A stretch of 64,000 nucleotides of DNA from Candidatus Aminicenantes bacterium (lineage in GTDB: Bacteria; Acidobacteriota; Aminicenantia; Aminicenantales; CALLJL01): contig JBBIRF010000007.1 of the NCBI GenBank assembly GCA_037441905.1, positions 17,219-81,218 on the forward strand, given 5' to 3'. Positions within the stretch are counted from its first letter, which is position 1; each line of letters opens with the position of its first letter. This document shows positions 27,337 through 36,786 of the stretch, piece after piece. The notes below the pieces were generated by a model that saw only the letters and a program-made list of their open reading frames with translations, was not told the DNA's origin and searched no databases. The position numbers and the translations under genes were made by a program.

Positions 27337-29139
27337 CTACCCGGCCGGTGCCAAATCTTCAATGTTTAAGACAACCGTTTCCTCGCCCCAAAACCGCGAA
27401 AACCCCAACGAAGCGGCTACATTTAAACAGGCTCCCGGGCTTATCTCAGAAGCGAGACCCGGGTTTTCCCAGACGATGGCCTCAAAAACCCGGCCGTCTT
27501 GCTCGACTTTCAGTTTAAACGACCTCTCCTGGATAAACTGAGGGGGCGAGACTACCCTCAGCTGAGGGAATAGGAATAGCGGCCTGGGGTTCCCCGGGCC
27601 AAAAGGAGGGAGAAGGGAGTACAGGTCGAGAAAAGAGGGAGTTATCTCCTTAAGGCGGAGAGGGCTGTCGATAATCAGCGTCGGGGTTAAATCTTCCTCG
27701 GTTAACCAGGTCATGGCTAAGGAGTTGAACCTGGTTTTCAGTTCGTCCATTTTTGGCCGCTGGAGAACACAACCGGCGGCGTGGGGATGGCCGCCAAATT
27801 CTTCGAAGAGGTCGCGGCATTCTTGAAGCGCCTGAATCAGGGAAAATGAACTTATGCTTCTCCCCGAACCGTAGGCAAAATTATTTTCATAAGAGAAAAG
27901 AATAACCGGCCGATGATACCGTTCCTTTAAACGGGAAGCAACAATCCCGATAATTCCCCGGTGCCAATCTTCGCACCCGAGAATTAGCGCCCGGTACTTT
28001 CGGTGCCAGCCGGCCTCCTGAATGCGGGTTATGGCCTGATTCAAGATTCTCTCTTCCATTTGTTGACGTTCGGAATTAAGCCGGTTCAGGCGACCGCAGA
28101 TAGAGGCGGCTTCTTCGGCTGAATCAGTCAAAAAAAGCCGGACCGCGAGGTCAGCCGATTCAACTCTGCCAGCCGCGTTTACCCTGGGACCCAACCGGAA
28201 ACCAATATCCCATTCGTTTACTCGGCTCCCATTAAGTCCACAGGAAGCCAGCAAATTCTTGAGCCCGAGATTCCTGGTTTCGCTCAGGGTTTTTAAACCG
28301 TGACGCACAAGAAGCCGGTTCTCTCCGATGAGCGGAACAACGTCGGCGACCGTCCCGATGGCCACAAGTTTGGTGTAATGAGGGACGAGACCTTGTCGGC
28401 CAGTCTTTTCCAAAAAAGCCTGAATCACTTTAAAGGCAACTCCCACTCCCGCCAGGTAGCGAAACGGATAGCCGGATGAGCTCAAGACAGGATTAATGAT
28501 GGCCAGGGCTTCTGGCCTTTCTTCCCCCGGCTGGTGATGGTCGGTAATAATCACGTCGATGCCTGCCTCGTTGGCCAGATGAACAAAACGGTTGGCTTTA
28601 ATCCCACAATCTACTGTAATCACCAGCCTGGCTCCCCGCTTTTTGATTATGTCAAGGTGCGCCTCCTTAATTCCATAACCTTCTTTTAGCCTGTCCGGGA
28701 TGTAATAATCGACGTCGGCTCCCGCTGAACTCAAGGCTCGATAAAGCATCACCAGGGCTAAGATTCCGTCAGCATCATAGTCCCCGAAAATTAAAATCTT
28801 CTCCCTGTTGGCAATGGCCTGGCTTAACCTTTCCAGGCAACGGTTCATTTCGGAAAAAAGGAAGGGTGACGGAACATCAGCCAAAGACCCGTAAAGGAAA
28901 ACATCAGCCTCTTCAGGGTGGTGCAAACCCCGGTTGGCCAGGACGCGGGCAATCGCCGGCGGGAGATTAGCCTTCTCGGCCAATTGGGCCGAAACAGCCG
29001 AATTATTCAGGAAGAGCCATTTTGCCAGAAAGCCACGCATGGTTCCATAGTACACAAAATCAGGGGTCGGCTCAATCAAGGGGGTAAAATAAACCAAAAC
29101 CAGAGGTAATCGAGATAAAACCTGATAACTTAGTTTCAT
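27337..29139 (-). CDS. recJ: single-stranded-DNA-specific exonuclease RecJ
   Basis: DHH family motifs (FGDYDADG, ITDHH) and a DHHA1 domain. Confidence 0.85.
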   Translation of the reverse strand: MKLSYQVLSRLPLVLVYFTPLIEPTPDFVYYGTMRGFLAKWLFLNNSAVSAQLAEKANLPPAIARVLANRGLHHPEEADVFLYGSLADVPSPFLFSEMNRCLERLSQAIANREKILIFGDYDADGILALVMLYRALSSAGADVDYYIPDRLKEGYGIKEAHLDIIKKRGARLVITVDCGIKANRFVHLANEAGIDVIITDHHQPGEERPEALAIINPVLSSSGYPFRYLAGVGVAFKVIQAFLEKTGRQGLVPHYTKLVAIGTVADVVPLIGENRLLVRHGLKTLSETRNLGLKNLLASCGLNGSRVNEWDIGFRLGPRVNAAGRVESADLAVRLFLTDSAEEAASICGRLNRLNSERQQMEERILNQAITRIQEAGWHRKYRALILGCEDWHRGIIGIVASRLKERYHRPVILFSYENNFAYGSGRSISSFSLIQALQECRDLFEEFGGHPHAAGCVLQRPKMDELKTRFNSLAMTWLTEEDLTPTLIIDSPLRLKEITPSFLDLYSLLPPFGPGNPRPLFLFPQLRVVSPPQFIQERSFKLKVEQDGRVFEAIVWENPGLASEISPGACLNVAASLGFSRFWGEETVVLNIEDLAPAG

Positions 29140-29698
29140 TAAGCCAGGCTTACTCTAATACAGGGCATTGACAAGCCTTTTTTGTCGGGATTTATATTTT
29201 TGAGCAAAGGTTGACAGGGATGCGGCAAGTCTTGTTTATTAGCCGAAAGATGTTGGTAAATGAATTATACTTCGCGCCCAAATTTTTGGCTCTTTAACTT
29301 CAATATCTTTATCTCTATAAATTCAATTGCCGGCTGAACTCCCTTCCTGTTGGGCTTCCAGCGGACAAGACAGATCCCAATCCCCCAGATTATGACGCTG
29401 CTGTCTAAAATTCCGGGATTTATACTCAAACTCAACCTTACCTTTGTCTCTGCTTTACCGGTTTTCCTATAGGCAATACAGTCGGGAAAACTGGGTTTAA
29501 TTTAATCTATTCCAATTAGCCAAACCAAATGCGATCATACTATAAATAACGTTCGCCCAAGCCGGATGAATGATTCGTGGTTATTGATAATTTATTTCTA
29601 TCGACTGAATACAGTAAAGATGCCATAAAATCAAACCTTTATAAAACCTTCCGTTTACTGTTAAATAGAGATATCAAGGTGCAAGAATAAGATAGGAG

Positions 29699-31168
29699 GT
29701 GTCTATGAGAAAAAAATATTTATGGCTATTTTTAATTTTTCTTTTCTTATTCTTGGTGGCTACCCGGCTTTCATATGCTCAAGAGAAAACGCCGGCTAAG
29801 GTCGACTACTCTGAAGCTCTCAGACTGATTGATGTTTGGCTTGAAGCTCAGCGCGATTACGAACGACTTCCCGGAATGTCTGCAGCCATCGTAGAAAACC
29901 AGGATGTAATCTTTGCCCGGGCCTACGGTCTTTCAGACCTTGAGAAAAAAGTGAAAGCCACTCCCGAAACAATTTACAGCATCTGCTCAATCTCCAAACT
30001 TTTTACATCCGTGGTCATCATGCAGCTCCGCGACGCCGGAAAACTCAGGCTTGACGATGAAGTAAGCGACCATCTTCCCTGGTTCAACATCAAGCAGCAG
30101 TATCCGGATAGCGGATCGATTACCATCCGTTCACTCCTCACTCATTCTTCCGGACTCCCGCGTGAGTCTGATTATCCTTACTGGAGCAAACCTGATTTTC
30201 ATTTTCCAACCAGAGAACAGCTCAAGGAAAAGCTGGCACAGCAAAAAACCCTCTATCCCCCGTCCACCTATTTTCAGTACAGCAACCTGGGAATTAGCTT
30301 GCTGGGAGAAATTGTGGCTGAGATCTCAGGAATGTCCTATGATGACTACGTCACTGAAAAAATCCTGAAACCCCTCGGCATGAAAGACACCCGCCCCTAC
30401 CTTCCCAAAGAACTCTGGCGGGGACAGCTGGCCACGGGCTACAGCTCATTAACTCGCGACGGAACAAGAGAGATGCTGCCATTTTTTCAGGCAGAAGGGA
30501 TCAAGCCAGCAGCCGGCTTTTCTTCAACCGTCCTGGATTTAGCAAAATTTGCTTCCTGGCAGTTCAGGCTTCTGGAAAAAGGCGGCGAAGAAATTCTCAA
30601 AGCTCCAACCCTTCGCGAAATGCACCGCGTCCACTGGATGGACCCCGACTGGAAGACTTCCTGGGGGCTGGGTTTTTCAGTCTATGAAATGGACGGAAAG
30701 ACCATCGTTGGACACGGAGGCTCCTGCCCTGGCTACCGAAGCACCCTGATGATTGACCCCGGCAAAAAACAGGCTTTTGTGGTAATGATAAACGCTTCTG
30801 GAACCGAGCCAGAAAAATATGCCAGGGGGATGAGAGAAATCTTGAAAAAGGCAGCTACCAAAAAAGAAGGCCCGACCCCGACCAGCGTAAATCTCGAAGA
30901 TTATGCCGGCTATTATGATGCTCAACCGTGGTGGGGAGAAACAGTAATTGTCCCCTGGCAGGGAAACTTAGCCATGGTCAGCCTTCCAGCCGACAATCCT
31001 GTCCAGGGGTTTACCCTTTTCAGGCACATCGGGGGAGACATTTTCCGGCGGATACGGGATGATGAAACACTGGGTGAAGAACTCGTATTTGAACGGGACA
31101 AATCCGGTAAAGTGATTCGCTTTATCCGGCACAGCAATTATTACCCGAAGATTAGACCTCTTAATTGA
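29699..31168 (+). CDS. secreted serine hydrolase of the beta-lactamase/PBP (class C-like) family
   Basis: Signal peptide. S-x-x-K active-site motif SISK. YxN-like motif (YSN). C-terminal lipocalin-like extension. Confidence 0.75.
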   Translation: MSMRKKYLWLFLIFLFLFLVATRLSYAQEKTPAKVDYSEALRLIDVWLEAQRDYERLPGMSAAIVENQDVIFARAYGLSDLEKKVKATPETIYSICSISKLFTSVVIMQLRDAGKLRLDDEVSDHLPWFNIKQQYPDSGSITIRSLLTHSSGLPRESDYPYWSKPDFHFPTREQLKEKLAQQKTLYPPSTYFQYSNLGISLLGEIVAEISGMSYDDYVTEKILKPLGMKDTRPYLPKELWRGQLATGYSSLTRDGTREMLPFFQAEGIKPAAGFSSTVLDLAKFASWQFRLLEKGGEEILKAPTLREMHRVHWMDPDWKTSWGLGFSVYEMDGKTIVGHGGSCPGYRSTLMIDPGKKQAFVVMINASGTEPEKYARGMREILKKAATKKEGPTPTSVNLEDYAGYYDAQPWWGETVIVPWQGNLAMVSLPADNPVQGFTLFRHIGGDIFRRIRDDETLGEELVFERDKSGKVIRFIRHSNYYPKIRPLN

Positions 31169-31273
31169 ACTTAATTGAACTACTGGAATACTTCCCGTCT
31201 CCTCATAGCCCTTAACTATCGTTTTCATGGATAAGATAGCCGTGCCTTCTAAATCTCATAACTGGGGCATATT

Positions 31274-31468
31274 TCATTTCACTGCAGGCTTCCTTCCTCC
31301 GTTTAAAAGTTGAAACAAGACTTTTAAGGGAAGGAGCCCTGCTCGCTCAAGTATTAACCTGATAAATCTCCTTATCTCTCCCGGCCCTTCATCAACCGCC
31401 GGACTACCGCTTGGTCGTTCCCAGATGCTGCCCTTAGACTGGATACTATGTCCTGACCTGAAAGAGGA
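31274..31468 (-). repeat. copy 1 of a conserved ~195-nt element (structured-RNA candidate or 66-aa basic mini-ORF), reverse orientation
   Basis: Gap-free alignment at about 65% identity to 51610-51804 on the opposite strand. Shared hairpin core GGGCTyCyTy..TTAAAAGTcttgtttcaACTTTTAA..GGAGGAAGGAAGCC. Confidence 0.6.
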
Positions 31469-31513
31469 CATCACGTTGACTTAGGCCAGGAGCAAACCTA
31501 TAATGGAGTCGCT

Positions 31514-32404
31514 GTGTTTTCGCGGCTCCGGACAACACTCGCCCGCACCCGCCAAGTCATTTGGGAAAAAGTTGAGCCCTTAAGACGCCAGGCGAAAATC
31601 ACCGAACAAACCCTGGAAGAGTTAGCCGAAGCCCTCATCCTGGCTGATGTCGGCGTGGCGACCACGGAAAAAATAATCGCCGGCGTTAAAAAGAAGCTAA
31701 CGACCGCGCCTGCGGCCGAACTCGAAAAGTGTCTGAAACAACAGCTCGTTGAGCTTCTCGGTGAATCTCCGGCGCCGCTCAACCTCGCCGTTTCTCCGGC
31801 TGTAGCAATGTTTGTCGGGGTTAACGGCGGCGGCAAGACAACCTCCCTGGCCAAACTCGCCTATTATCTCAAGAGTCAGGGCCGGCAAGTAATCATGGTC
31901 GCCGCCGATACTTTTCGCGCCGCGGCCCAGGAGCAGCTTCAGATCTGGAGCCGGCGGCTGGAAATCCCGCTCGTCCGCGGCCAGTACGGCGCCGACCCGG
32001 CAGCCGTTGTTTTCGACGCCATCCAGGCCCTCAAAGCAAGGGGAGCCCAGGCGCTCCTGGTTGATACGGCGGGTCGAGTCCATACCAACTCGAACCTGAT
32101 GGCTGAACTCGAGAAAATAAAAAGAATTATCTCCAGGGAAATCCCGGGAGCGCCTCATGAAATCCTTTTAGTCCTGGATGCGACGACCGGTCAGAACGCG
32201 CTTTCGCAGGCGAGAGAATTCATGAAGTTTTCGGGGATTACCGGCATCTTCCTTTCGAAACTCGACGGGACGGCCAAAGGAGGAAGCGCCGTCGCCATAA
32301 CTGCTGAGCTCAACCTGCCGATTAAGCTCGTCGGAATTGGCGAGACAGAAAAGGATTTGCTTATTTTTTCACCCGAGGAATTTGTCGACGCTCTCCTTTC
32401 ATGA
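31514..32404 (+). CDS. ftsY: signal recognition particle receptor FtsY (NG-domain-only short form)
   Basis: G1 motif GVNGGGKTTS and DTAGR. No acidic A domain. Confidence 0.85.
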   Translation: MFSRLRTTLARTRQVIWEKVEPLRRQAKITEQTLEELAEALILADVGVATTEKIIAGVKKKLTTAPAAELEKCLKQQLVELLGESPAPLNLAVSPAVAMFVGVNGGGKTTSLAKLAYYLKSQGRQVIMVAADTFRAAAQEQLQIWSRRLEIPLVRGQYGADPAAVVFDAIQALKARGAQALLVDTAGRVHTNSNLMAELEKIKRIISREIPGAPHEILLVLDATTGQNALSQAREFMKFSGITGIFLSKLDGTAKGGSAVAITAELNLPIKLVGIGETEKDLLIFSPEEFVDALLS

Positions 32405-33510
32405 ACTTTGAGCGAGAGGCCGAAGACAAGAACTTTATGCAGCTGGCGTATTCTCTGGCCGAAAGAGCTCGCGGGTGGGTGAGCCCGAACCCTTATGTCG
32501 GTGCCCTCGTCGTCAAGAACAACAAGATTATCGGCCATGGCTATCACGAGCAGCCGGGAAAACCTCATGCTGAAGTGGTCGCTCTTGAAAAGGCGGGCCA
32601 CGGGGCTAAGGGAAGCACCCTTTACGTGACTCTCGAACCCTGTGTCCACTGGGGACGTACGCCTCCCTGCGTCGACGCCATCATAAGGTTTCGCCCAAGA
32701 CGCGTCGTCGTCTCGGCCTTAGACCCTAACCCGGTAGTCTTCGAGAAAGGCGTGCGAAAACTCAGAGAAGCTGGCTTCAGGGTCGATGTGGGCTGCCTGG
32801 AAGAAAAGAATCAAAGACTGAACGAAGCATATATCAAGTATATAACCCAGAAAATTCCTTTTGTTATTCTCAAGGCAGGAATGTCGCTCGACGGAAAAAT
32901 TGCCGCCGCTGACGGCTCTTCCCGCTGGGTTACGGGCCGGCTCGCCCGTGAATACGGCCACCTGTTGCGGGGCGAAGTTGACGCCATCCTGGTAGGCATC
33001 AACACCGTGCTTAAAGACAACCCCCGACTTACCATCCGCCATCCTCTCTGGAGGAAGAAAAGGCTGACCAGGGTTATCCTCGATTCGCGGCTCCGTTTTC
33101 CTGAAGATTGCCGGCTTCTGACGACGATTTCGTCGGGGCCAATCCTCATATTCACCGGAGAAAAACCAGCCAGAGAAAAGAAATTGGCCCTGGAAGCAAA
33201 AGGGGTAGAAATAATCGCGGTGAAGAGTGATAATAACCGGGTCGACCTGGAAGAGGTGTTAAGAGAGCTCGGACGCCGGGAGATTTCGAGCCTGCTCGTC
33301 GAGGGCGGGGGAGAAGTACTGACAAGTTTTCTGGAAGCCAGGCTAGCCGACAAGGTTTTTCTTCACCTGGCCCCGACCTTTATCGGGGGAAAAATGGCAC
33401 CCAATCTTTTTGGCGGCCGCGGGTTTACGCCGGTTCAGACCGCGCTGCGGTTGCGCCGATGGCATCTTTTTCCTCTCGGACAGGACTTTATTCTCGAAGG
33501 ATATTTTTGA
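32401..33510 (+). CDS. ribD: bifunctional riboflavin biosynthesis deaminase/reductase
   Basis: CMP/dCMP deaminase Zn motif HAEVVAL..PCVHWGRTPPC. C-terminal RibD_C reductase domain. Confidence 0.85.
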   Translation: MNFEREAEDKNFMQLAYSLAERARGWVSPNPYVGALVVKNNKIIGHGYHEQPGKPHAEVVALEKAGHGAKGSTLYVTLEPCVHWGRTPPCVDAIIRFRPRRVVVSALDPNPVVFEKGVRKLREAGFRVDVGCLEEKNQRLNEAYIKYITQKIPFVILKAGMSLDGKIAAADGSSRWVTGRLAREYGHLLRGEVDAILVGINTVLKDNPRLTIRHPLWRKKRLTRVILDSRLRFPEDCRLLTTISSGPILIFTGEKPAREKKLALEAKGVEIIAVKSDNNRVDLEEVLRELGRREISSLLVEGGGEVLTSFLEARLADKVFLHLAPTFIGGKMAPNLFGGRGFTPVQTALRLRRWHLFPLGQDFILEGYF

Positions 33511-34094
33511 TGTTTACCGGAATTATCCGCCATCTCGGGTTCTTTGTCGGCTACCGCCAGAATCGGAGAAAAATGATTATCGAGGCGCCCGACCTTCCAG
33601 GTCCGTTAACCGCAGGCGAAAGCGTGGCCGTCAACGGTGTTTGCCTGACGGTCGAGGCTCATGAAGCCTCAAAGCTCGTTTTTCATCTTTCCCAGGAGAC
33701 GTTGGCGAAAACCAACCTGGGCGACTTAAAGCCGCGCGACCTGGTTAATCTCGAGCTTCCTCTGACGACCGAGAGTCTTTTAAGCGGCCATCTATTGACC
33801 GGCCATGTCGACGGAACTGGCGTCGTCCAGCGGGTCGAAAGGCGGGCTGAGGGCAAAAGGCTTAAGATTTCCTTTCCGCCTGAACTTCGACCCTTCCTGG
33901 TCCCGAAAGGCTCAGTCGGTGTTAACGGTGTTAGCCTGACCGTCGCCTCGCTCCTGCCGCCTCATTTCGAAGTTGAGCTTATCCCGCTAACCTTGGAAAA
34001 GACCAACCTCGGCCGGCTTCGGCCGGGTGACCGGGTTAACCTCGAGGGTGACATCATCGGCAAATACGTGTATAATTATTTATCTAAGAGATAG
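33510..34094 (+). CDS. ribE: riboflavin synthase alpha subunit
   Basis: Canonical MFTGII start overlapping the ribD stop (TGATG). Two lumazine-binding repeats. Confidence 0.8.
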   Translation: MFTGIIRHLGFFVGYRQNRRKMIIEAPDLPGPLTAGESVAVNGVCLTVEAHEASKLVFHLSQETLAKTNLGDLKPRDLVNLELPLTTESLLSGHLLTGHVDGTGVVQRVERRAEGKRLKISFPPELRPFLVPKGSVGVNGVSLTVASLLPPHFEVELIPLTLEKTNLGRLRPGDRVNLEGDIIGKYVYNYLSKR

Positions 34095-34124
34095 TTTTAT
34101 TGTTTTGCCCAGAGGTAAGCCTGG

Positions 34125-35342
34125 ATGGAAGAAAAAGTTGGTTTAATTTCTATTGAAGAAGCCATCGAGTGTGTGCGGAACGGCCAGCTTATCATCATCG
34201 TCGATGACGAGGATAGGGAGAATGAAGGCGACTTGATGCTGGCCGCCGAAAAAATCACTCCTGAGGCGGTCAATTTTATGACTAAATACGGTCGGGGCCT
34301 GATCTGCCTGCCCTTGACCCGCCAGAGAGCTCAAGAACTCGACCTCGACCTGATGGTCCAGCAGAACACGGCGCCTTACGGGACGGCTTTTACCGTTTCA
34401 ATCGATGCCCGCGAAGGAGTGACTACGGGGATCTCAGCCTATGACCGGGCTCGGACTATCCTGACAGCAATTGACCCCAAGACGAAACCTTCGGACCTCG
34501 TCCGGCCAGGGCATATCTTCCCTCTCCAGGCTAAAGACGGAGGGGTTCTCGAGCGGGCTGGCCAGACAGAAGCTGCCATCGACCTTACCCGCCTGGCCGG
34601 CCTTTATCCCGCCGGCGTCATCTGCGAAATCCTGAACGACGACGGCACAATGGCCCGCCTTCCCCAGTTAGAAGAGTTCAGCCGCCGCCATAAAATTCCG
34701 ATCGTCACCATTGCTGACCTGATTAAATATCGTCTGCAACACGAATGTCTCGTCCGGAAAATAGACGAGGCTGACCTGCCAACAGAATTCGGCCACTTTC
34801 GGATTTTCGTCTTCGAGGATATTATTCACCGCGAACACCACGTTGCCCTGGTCAAAGGTGAAGTTAAGACCGGTGAACCGGTGCTCGTCCGCGCCCATTC
34901 CCAATGCCTCACGGGAGATACCTTTGGGTCGCTCCGCTGCGATTGTGGCCGACAGCTCCACCAGGCGATGGCTATAATCGAAAAAGAAGGAAAAGGCGTT
35001 ATCCTTTACATGCTTAACCATGAAGGCAGAGGTATCGGCTTAAAAAACAAGATCAGGGCCTATGCTCTTCAGGATAGCGGCGCCGACACCGTCGAGGCCA
35101 ACCGCCGGCTTGGTTTCAAGCCAGACCACAGAGATTACGGCATCGGAGCCCAGATTCTTTTAGCCCTCGGAGTCAGAAAAATCAGGCTTCTGACTAATAA
35201 CCCCCGGAAATTTATCGGGCTGGCCGGATACGGTTTGGAGATAGTCGAAAGAGTCCCGATTGAAATCCCGCCTAATGAAATCAACCGCCGGTATCTAAAG
35301 ACAAAAAAGGATAAATTAGGCCATATTCTCGAACTCGTCTGA
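34125..35342 (+). CDS. ribBA: bifunctional 3,4-dihydroxy-2-butanone-4-phosphate synthase / GTP cyclohydrolase II
   Basis: DHBP synthase N-terminal half ([12 protein letters not shown]). GCH-II Zn motif CxxGxxxxxLxCDCG ([15 protein letters not shown]) in the C-terminal half. Confidence 0.9.
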   Translation: MEEKVGLISIEEAIECVRNGQLIIIVDDEDRENEGDLMLAAEKITPEAVNFMTKYGRGLICLPLTRQRAQELDLDLMVQQNTAPYGTAFTVSIDAREGVTTGISAYDRARTILTAIDPKTKPSDLVRPGHIFPLQAKDGGVLERAGQTEAAIDLTRLAGLYPAGVICEILNDDGTMARLPQLEEFSRRHKIPIVTIADLIKYRLQHECLVRKIDEADLPTEFGHFRIFVFEDIIHREHHVALVKGEVKTGEPVLVRAHSQCLTGDTFGSLRCDCGRQLHQAMAIIEKEGKGVILYMLNHEGRGIGLKNKIRAYALQDSGADTVEANRRLGFKPDHRDYGIGAQILLALGVRKIRLLTNNPRKFIGLAGYGLEIVERVPIEIPPNEINRRYLKTKKDKLGHILELV

Positions 35343-35409
35343 GCCGAATGGCTTTTTTTCGGGGAAAAGAAAAAGTTTTTGTTTCCTGAAAACAACAGCC
35401 GCCGGCGGC

Positions 35410-35931
35410 TTGCCTTTGATGGCCGAGGATAAGAAAAACAAGGTTTATTCTCATCCGTTAGCCGAACGGGTGCTTCTTAAAATCCAAACCACGCCTGACA
35501 AAGCGACCCGGGCAAAGATGGTCCAGGCTCTGGCGGGGTTGCGCCATCCCTGGACCTTACCAATCCTGTTAGCCTGCCTGAACGACCCCTCGGACTCCGT
35601 GAGGGAAAAAATAGTCGGGGAGCTTTCCTCCCGGAATGAGCTGCCGCTGGCTGAACTTCACAGCCGGCTTCAGAAGCAGCCGTGGTACGTGAAAGCGGCT
35701 GTCCTGAAAATCCTCGGCCGGCTGGCCAAGCGCGATTCGGTCGAAGCTATAGCCGGCGTGATTGACGACCCCAATGTCGAGGTCCGGCGCCAGGCTGCCC
35801 TTTGCCTGGGAGAAATCGCGGCTAAAGAGACGCTGCCGCTCCTTGTCAAGCTTTTAAAGGATGCCAGCCCTTATGTCCGGCAAGCGGCCGAACTGGGGAT
35901 TCGAAAAGCCAGCAAGCTTCGGTTTACGTGA
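35410..35931 (+). CDS. HEAT-repeat (PBS-lyase-like) protein
   Basis: Repeated helical units with the D/NxxVR pattern ([42 protein letters not shown]). Confidence 0.5.
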   Translation: MPLMAEDKKNKVYSHPLAERVLLKIQTTPDKATRAKMVQALAGLRHPWTLPILLACLNDPSDSVREKIVGELSSRNELPLAELHSRLQKQPWYVKAAVLKILGRLAKRDSVEAIAGVIDDPNVEVRRQAALCLGEIAAKETLPLLVKLLKDASPYVRQAAELGIRKASKLRFT

Positions 35932-36409
35932 GATTTACCGGACCGAGGCATTCTTTCCCGATTTCCTGGCCCCGACTTTCAAGGATAAAAGTAACCGGTC
36001 CTTCGTTGATGAGATGGACATCCATCAAAGCGCCAAAAACGCCGGTCTTGACAACGAACCCGGCTGCCCTGATTGTCTCCGTAAAATGATTGAATAATTG
36101 AGCCGCCCGGCCTGGTTCTTCTGCCTGGTCGAAGCTCGGACGCCTCCCCCGGCGCGTCGAACCGGCAAGCGTGAATTGAGAAATAGCCAGCACTTCACCC
36201 CCAACCTGGCTCAAGGAAAGATTCATCTTGCCTGCCTCGTCGGGGAAAATTCTTAGTTCGACGCTCTTGCGGGCGAGCTCCTCGGCTTCTTTCTCTGAAT
36301 CCCCCTTCTCAACTCCCACGAGAAGACAGATTCCCCGGCCCACCCGACTGATTTCTTGCCCGGCTACCTCGACTCTGGCCATTTTTACCCTCTGGAGAAC
36401 AACCTTCAT
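35924..36409 (-). CDS. dtd: D-aminoacyl-tRNA deacylase
   Basis: MKVVLQRV N-terminus and SQFTL motif characteristic of Dtd. Confidence 0.85.
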   Translation of the reverse strand: MKVVLQRVKMARVEVAGQEISRVGRGICLLVGVEKGDSEKEAEELARKSVELRIFPDEAGKMNLSLSQVGGEVLAISQFTLAGSTRRGRRPSFDQAEEPGRAAQLFNHFTETIRAAGFVVKTGVFGALMDVHLINEGPVTFILESRGQEIGKECLGPVNLT

Positions 36410-36507
36410 CCCAACCTCCTTTTAACCCTGTCAACCTTCTAAAAAGCTGGGCGATTTGACTTCAGGCGCAATTTTTCCTATATTAAGGGCTCAAAGAGGA
36501 GAAATCT

Positions 36508-36786
36508 ATGGCTCGGCATCAATCGGCTATCAGACAAAGGCGACGGAGCGAGCGCCGCAGGGCTATCAACCGCCGGAATAAATCGCTGTTGCGGACGCAA
36601 ATCAAGAAACTGCGGCAAGCGATTAAGGAAAAAAACGCCGACCAGGCCCGCCAGCTTCTGGCCCCAACCTTTTCCCTTATTGATAAATGTGTTAAAAAAG
36701 GCACGATTCACGAGAATAAGGGCTCGAGGTATAAATCCCGGCTGAGCGCCCAGGTCGCCCAGCTCGTAGCCGGGTTCAGACGCTAA
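36508..36786 (+). CDS. rpsT: 30S ribosomal protein S20
   Basis: Basic helical 92-aa protein. N-terminus MARHQSAIRQRRRSERRRAINRRNKS is typical of bS20. Confidence 0.85.
   Translation: MARHQSAIRQRRRSERRRAINRRNKSLLRTQIKKLRQAIKEKNADQARQLLAPTFSLIDKCVKKGTIHENKGSRYKSRLSAQVAQLVAGFRR

Noticed and set aside
29200-29230. Partial match (AGTCTTGTTT) to the repeat-element core inside the AT-rich spacer
   Set aside because: Only 10 nt match and the hairpin arms are not conserved. This is at chance level in AT-rich DNA.
31181-31273. Short ORFs (18-21 aa) beginning 10-12 nt after the GGAGG-containing 3' arm of each repeat hairpin
   Set aside because: The two downstream mini-ORFs (MKYAPVMRF... and MISIYTAVIM...) share no similarity. 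They are probably fortuitous.
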